Positions 59,564 to 64,000 of a stretch of 64,000 bases of DNA are shown here, piece by piece; the first letter of the stretch is position 1; each line of letters begins with the position of its first letter. Location: contig CAWEPK010000009.1 of assembly GCA_963810935.1 (NCBI GenBank), positions 160,001 through 224,000 of the forward strand, in the 5' to 3' direction. A program made the translations under genes and the position numbers. This DNA comes from an uncultured delta proteobacterium (GTDB lineage: Bacteria > Desulfobacterota > Syntrophorhabdia > Syntrophorhabdales > WCHB1-27). The notes below the pieces were generated by a model. It searched no databases, was not told where the DNA came from, and saw only the letters and a program-made list of their open reading frames with translations.

Positions 59564-59701
59564 TCAAGAAATATGCCAGATCGGGAAGAAAAACGGGGGC
59601 GGCCGGACGGCCTTTAAAATGGGACGAATTTGAGGGCCTATGATATGGGCGGCGTCTCGTACGATAAGACGTCAGGTCTTGCCCGATAAGACGGGTCTTG
59701 C
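59564..59701 (-). promoter_or_regulatory. Putative sigma54 promoter with tandem upstream activator sites
   Basis: Minus strand TGGCATATTTCTTGA (59578-59564); repeated CGATAAGACG...GGTCTTGC at 59662-59682 and 59684-59701, each an imperfect palindrome (AAGAC...GTCTT). Confidence 0.45.
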
Positions 59702-59739
59702 GGGAAAAGACAGAACCTAAAGGGGCAGACGCTCTGATT

Positions 59740-61941
59740 TTATGAGGTAAGCTTGAAGACCAGTCCCGCAAGGGGCGGGAGGTCGAGGTTGAGCGAGCAG
59801 GGGCGTCCGTGCCACTGCACGGGATCCGTAAGGCGGCCGCCCTGGTTGCCGAGATTGCTCCCCCAGTAGAGGCCCGAGTCGCTGTTGAGTGCTTCCCTGT
59901 AAAAGCCCGGTTTTGGGACACCGATGCGGTAGTTGTATCGCGGCACCGGGGTAAAATTGAACGCGAAAACGAGAAAGTCGTCCGGGTCCCTCGCCTTCCT
60001 GATGAAAGAGACGATGCTCCGCCCGTAGTCGCCGAAGTCGATCCATTCGAAGCCCTCGTAGCTGAAATCGACCTGGTGCATTGCGGGCTCCTTCGTGTAA
60101 AGCGCGTTCAGGTCCCGCATGAACGCCTGGAGCTTTTTGTGCGGCTCGTATTCCAGGAGGTGCCAGTCGAGGCTGGCGTTCGCGTTCCATTCCCACCACT
60201 GGCCGAACTCTCCCCCCATAAAATTGAGCTTCTTCCCGGGCTGCGCGAACATGTAGGAGAAGAGCAGCCTCAGGTTGGCGAACTTCTGCCAGAAATCGCC
60301 CGGCATCTTATCCAGGAGCGACCGCTTGCCGTAGACGACCTCGTCGTGGGAGAGGACGAGGATGAAATTTTCCGTGAACGCGTAAAGGAGCGCAAAGGTG
60401 AGGTTGTTGTGGTGGTACTTGCGGAACACGGGGTCGTCCTCGAAGTATTTGAGTATGTCGTTCATCCACCCCATATTCCACTTCATGCTGAAGCCGAGGC
60501 CCCCCAGGTAAGTAGGGCGGGAGACGGCAGGCCAGGCGGTCGATTCCTCCGCGATGGTGAGCACCCCGGGGCGGCGGCCGTGGACGACTTCGTTGAAGCG
60601 CTTGATGAGCGCGACCGCTTCCAGGTTCTCGTGGCCGCCAAACTGGTTCGGGACCCATTCGCCCTGCTTCCTCGAATAGTCCAGGTAGAGCATGGAGGCC
60701 ACCGCATCGACCCGGAGGCCGTCGATATGGTATTTATCAAGCCAGAAAAGGGCGTTGGAGATGAGGAAATTGGCGACCTCGTTCCGCCCGTAGTTGAATA
60801 CGAGCGTGCCCCATTCCTTGTGCTCTCCTTTAAGCGGGTCTGCGTGCTCGTAAAGGGCAGTGCCGTCGAAATATGCGAGGCCGTGGGCATCCCTCGGGAA
60901 ATGCGCAGGCACCCAGTCCATGATTACGCCAATGCCCGCCCGGTGCATCGAATCGACGAAATACATGAAGTCGTCGGGCGTCCCGAACCGGCTCGTGCAG
61001 GAGTAGTAGCCTACCGTCTGGTATCCCCAGGACTCGTCCAGCGGGTGCTCGCTTACCGGCATGAGCTCGACGTGCGTGTAGCCCAGCTCCTTCACGTACG
61101 GCGCCATCTCGTCGGCCAGCTCCCGGTACGTCAGCCAGCGGTTATCTTCTTCGGGGACCCTGCGCCACGAGCCGAGATGGACCTCGTAGATGGAAATGGC
61201 CGCATCGAACCAGTTCGTCTCCTTGCGCGCCTCCATCCAGCCCGCGTCCGACCAGAGATACTTGTCGAGGTCCCAGACTATGGAGGCGCTTTTCGGCCGC
61301 AATTCCGAATAGAACGCATAGGGGTCGGCTTTTTCCGCAAGGAAGCCCTTGTAGCGTCCTTTGACTTCATATTTATAAACTATGCCCGCTTCCAGGCCGG
61401 GAATGAATATCTCCCAGACGCCCGTCGAGCCGCGCACGCGCATCATGTGGCGCCTGCCGTCCCACTTGTTGAAATCGCCCGTGACGCTCACCCTGATGGC
61501 GTTGGGCGCCCAGACCGCGAAGAATACGCCTTTGACTCCGCCCAGCGTCATCTCGTGCGCGCCGAGCTTTTCGTACTGGTCGTAATGCTTCCCTTCGGCG
61601 ATCAGGTAAAGGTCGTAATCGGAAAGGACGGGCAGGAAGGAATAGGGATCGATGAACACCCGGGATGCTCCCGTTAGGTACGTCTCTTTCAGCCGGTAGC
61701 CGAAGACCTCCGTCTTACCGCGTACGACCGCCTCGAAGAAGCCGTCCTTGTGGAGCCTCTTCATGGGGTATTCCGCACCCGTTGCGGTCTCGACCAGTGC
61801 GGCCTCTGCGGCCTCCGGCAGGAAGGCGCGCACAGCCACACACTCCTTGCCGCCCCATTTTATGACATGGCTACCCAGAATCCCGAACGGGTCCTGGCAG
61901 GCGGAGTTAATGATTTTCTCTATCTCTTCTTTCAGCGCCAC
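59740..61941 (-). CDS. glgB: 1,4-alpha-glucan branching enzyme
   Basis: FAVWAPNA, IYEVHLGSW, SWGYQ, DWVPAHFP, GLRVDAVASMLY, IAEEST, LSHDEVV. Confidence 0.97.
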   Translation of the reverse strand: MALKEEIEKIINSACQDPFGILGSHVIKWGGKECVAVRAFLPEAAEAALVETATGAEYPMKRLHKDGFFEAVVRGKTEVFGYRLKETYLTGASRVFIDPYSFLPVLSDYDLYLIAEGKHYDQYEKLGAHEMTLGGVKGVFFAVWAPNAIRVSVTGDFNKWDGRRHMMRVRGSTGVWEIFIPGLEAGIVYKYEVKGRYKGFLAEKADPYAFYSELRPKSASIVWDLDKYLWSDAGWMEARKETNWFDAAISIYEVHLGSWRRVPEEDNRWLTYRELADEMAPYVKELGYTHVELMPVSEHPLDESWGYQTVGYYSCTSRFGTPDDFMYFVDSMHRAGIGVIMDWVPAHFPRDAHGLAYFDGTALYEHADPLKGEHKEWGTLVFNYGRNEVANFLISNALFWLDKYHIDGLRVDAVASMLYLDYSRKQGEWVPNQFGGHENLEAVALIKRFNEVVHGRRPGVLTIAEESTAWPAVSRPTYLGGLGFSMKWNMGWMNDILKYFEDDPVFRKYHHNNLTFALLYAFTENFILVLSHDEVVYGKRSLLDKMPGDFWQKFANLRLLFSYMFAQPGKKLNFMGGEFGQWWEWNANASLDWHLLEYEPHKKLQAFMRDLNALYTKEPAMHQVDFSYEGFEWIDFGDYGRSIVSFIRKARDPDDFLVFAFNFTPVPRYNYRIGVPKPGFYREALNSDSGLYWGSNLGNQGGRLTDPVQWHGRPCSLNLDLPPLAGLVFKLTS

Positions 61942-62120
61942 AGTGGAATTATCGACCCCTTTGAAAACTTATACTCTTCGGGCGGTTTTAGCAAGCTGCA
62001 GCACGTAAACCAATGCTCTGTGCGAATAGCATGTAGTCTGCGACTAAAGAACTGGCTTGCTCCGAGATGCACTCGGTAAGTCGTTTCTATGCGGCCCGGC
62101 TTCTGTGCTAAAATATTGCC

Positions 62121-62810
62121 ATGTCCGAAGGGGCCAGGATACTTGTGGTCGATGACGAGCAGCAGATCCGCCGGATGCTTAAAACTGCGCTCTCCGGTTA
62201 CGGATACAATATCGGGGAGGCGGCTACCGCAAAAGAAGGCCTCTCGCAGGCTGCAATTTTCCACCCTGACCTCATCGTTTTGGACCTCGGCCTGCCCGAC
62301 GCGGACGGCATGGAGGTCATATGTCACCTGCGCGAATGGACGCAGGTCCCCATCATCGTCCTCTCCGTAAGGGAAGGCGAGACCGACAAGATCGGCGCCC
62401 TCGATGCAGGGGCGGATGATTACCTGACGAAACCGTTCAGTATGGGGGAGCTGCTCGCGCGCATCCGCGTAGCTTTGCGCCACGCTGCCGGGAGCGATGA
62501 CGAGCCTGTCCTTACATTCCCCGACCTCGTCCTCGACCTGGCCCGCCGCGTGGTCCTTCTTAAGGGACAGGAGCTGAAGCTGACGCCCACCGAATACGAG
62601 ATCGTCAAGTATCTGGCCATCCACGCGGGGAGGGTCGTCACGCACGGGCAGTTGCTCAGGGCGGTCTGGGGCCCGAACTACCAGGAGAGCACCCAGTACC
62701 TCCGCGTCTATGTGGGACAGTTGCGCCGCAAGATGGAAGAGGAACCGGCAAGGCCCCGCTACATCGTTACGGAGGCGGGCGTAGGCTACCGGTTCATGTC
62801 GGGGGAGTAA
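62121..62810 (+). CDS. kdpE: KdpE-type OmpR-family response regulator
   Basis: LDLGLPDADG, GADDYLTKPF, LTPTEY, QLLRAVWG, YLRVYVGQLRRK.E..PARPRYI.TE.GVGYR. Confidence 0.88.
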   Translation: MSEGARILVVDDEQQIRRMLKTALSGYGYNIGEAATAKEGLSQAAIFHPDLIVLDLGLPDADGMEVICHLREWTQVPIIVLSVREGETDKIGALDAGADDYLTKPFSMGELLARIRVALRHAAGSDDEPVLTFPDLVLDLARRVVLLKGQELKLTPTEYEIVKYLAIHAGRVVTHGQLLRAVWGPNYQESTQYLRVYVGQLRRKMEEEPARPRYIVTEAGVGYRFMSGE

Positions 62811-64000
62811 TGGCCGCACACGTTGAGGCGCACATGGCGGCGGACGGGCCGGGATCGCACCGCAACCCGGCGGCGCCGTACCTCTGGACAGTCCTTCTCG
62901 TTGCGCTCATGACCGGCGTAGGCAAGCTGGTCGCCCCCTTTTTCGACATCGTCAACATCACGCTTCTGTACCTGCTGCCGGTGCTCTTCAGCGCAGTGCG
63001 CTGGGGGCGCGGCCCCTCCCTGTTCGCTTCTTTTTTAGGCGTGCTGACGTTCGATTTCTTTTTCGTGCCGCCTATCCACAGCTTTGCGGTGAGCGACATC
63101 AAGTATATCTTTACCTTCGCAGTCTTTCTCCTTGTCGGGGTAGTTACGGGCACGCTCGCGACGAGGATCCGCAACGAGCTGGAAAAAACGAGGCAAAGGG
63201 AGAAGAGGACGCTTGCTCTCTATGCGCTGAGCGAGCAGATAGCGAGCAAGGCGGACCTGGATGCAATCCTTACAACGTTCCTCGTGACCGTCTCGGAAGC
63301 AACGGGCGGTCCCGTCTCCGTTATGATGGCAGAGGACGGAGGCGCCATCCGGGAAGTCGCCTCCTATCCTGCGTCGTCCAATGAGAAAGACGAGAAGGAA
63401 ACGGCCGTAATCCATTGGGTGCTCGAACACGGCATGAGCGCGGGTAGGGACACGGAGACCCTGCGCGACGCAAGCCGGCTCATCTTTCCTGTAAAGGCGG
63501 ACAATAAGACGCTCGCCGCCTTATGCATCACGCCTGGTGAAGAGGATAAGGCCATCTCGCCGGAGAAGCGGCAGCTCATCGAGGCGTTTGCCAACCTTGC
63601 CGCAGTCGCTATTATCCGCCTGCGGCTGGCGGAAGAAGCGGGACAGGTGCACCGGCTGGCCGAATCGGCGAAGCTCCACAAGGCCCTTCTCGACTCCATC
63701 TCGCATGACATCCGGACACCTCTCGCCTCCATTACAGGTGCAGTCACGACGCTCATGGCCGAGGGCGGATCTTACGACACGGAATCCAAGGAGATACTCC
63801 TCGATACGATCAAGGCGGGCGCACTGCGCCTCAACAGGTTCGTTGCAAACCTGCTCGATACCGCGCGTCTTGAAAGCGGCACCCTCAAGCTGCGCTCCGA
63901 TTGGTGCGACGTGCAGGACATCGTGGGTGCGGCCCTGAGGGAGGTAAGCGAGGGCCTGGCCGGACGGTCCGTCCCCCTCGATATCTCCTGCGACCTGCCC
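62810..64000 (+). CDS. kdpD: KdpD-like sensor histidine kinase (DUF4118 TM + GAF + HisKA), runs off the window
   Basis: Manual translation from ATG 62810: ...LLYLLPVLFSAVRWGRGPSLFAS...FDFFFVPP.HSF.VSD...SISHDIRTPLASITG...LNRFVANLLD.ARLESG; lacks the N-terminal KdpD/Usp domains. Confidence 0.82.
   Translation, partial: MAAHVEAHMAADGPGSHRNPAAPYLWTVLLVALMTGVGKLVAPFFDIVNITLLYLLPVLFSAVRWGRGPSLFASFLGVLTFDFFFVPPIHSFAVSDIKYIFTFAVFLLVGVVTGTLATRIRNELEKTRQREKRTLALYALSEQIASKADLDAILTTFLVTVSEATGGPVSVMMAEDGGAIREVASYPASSNEKDEKETAVIHWVLEHGMSAGRDTETLRDASRLIFPVKADNKTLAALCITPGEEDKAISPEKRQLIEAFANLAAVAIIRLRLAEEAGQVHRLAESAKLHKALLDSISHDIRTPLASITGAVTTLMAEGGSYDTESKEILLDTIKAGALRLNRFVANLLDTARLESGTLKLRSDWCDVQDIVGAALREVSEGLAGRSVPLDISCDLP

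Noticed and set aside
59809..61677. 622-aa plus-strand ORF
   Set aside because: Antisense shadow of glgB; no recognisable motifs; typical of high-GC codon bias

Overview
GC-rich bacterial chromosomal segment, mostly core genome. Gene content and order suggest an anaerobic Desulfobacterota (deltaproteobacterial) syntroph-like organism; this is an inference, not a database result. From left to right: (1) a minus-strand hopanoid operon (hpnJ-hpnK-EamA-shc-hpnA-DUF116-hpnH-CruF/DUF422-like, truncated at the window edge); (2) an MFS transporter under a TPP riboswitch, a split ModE/Mop pair, an acyl-CoA ligase and greA; (3) mixed housekeeping and hypothetical genes (radical SAMs, MATE, lgt, HAD, spoVG, a broken class I aldolase, a PPi-type pfk, threonine deaminase, a porin, glycerate kinase, pdxA-surA-ppiC-mfd); (4) a C39 peptidase/TPR/double-Gly substrate triplet, a UGA-containing selenoprotein selD and a frameshifted thiL; (5) the long yceD-rpmF-plsX-fab-rpiB-glyA-nrdR-rib-nusB superoperon, with an acyl-CoA dehydrogenase at the usual fabH position; (6) an unexplained three-gene operon (helical domain+2xHTH+EEP phosphoesterase, an atypical Fic protein, and a two-motif PLD), which is the best candidate for an undescribed system; (7) glgB and kdpE/kdpD-like genes. 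Also found outside the ORF track: three small ORFs (a 43-aa basic protein, a 57-aa Cys4 zinc finger, and a 24-aa membrane peptide behind a sigma54-like promoter), a five-copy modular intergenic repeat family, and candidate structured RNAs. Several single-base frameshifts suggest residual assembly error. No tRNA, rRNA, CRISPR array, integrase or transposase was seen.
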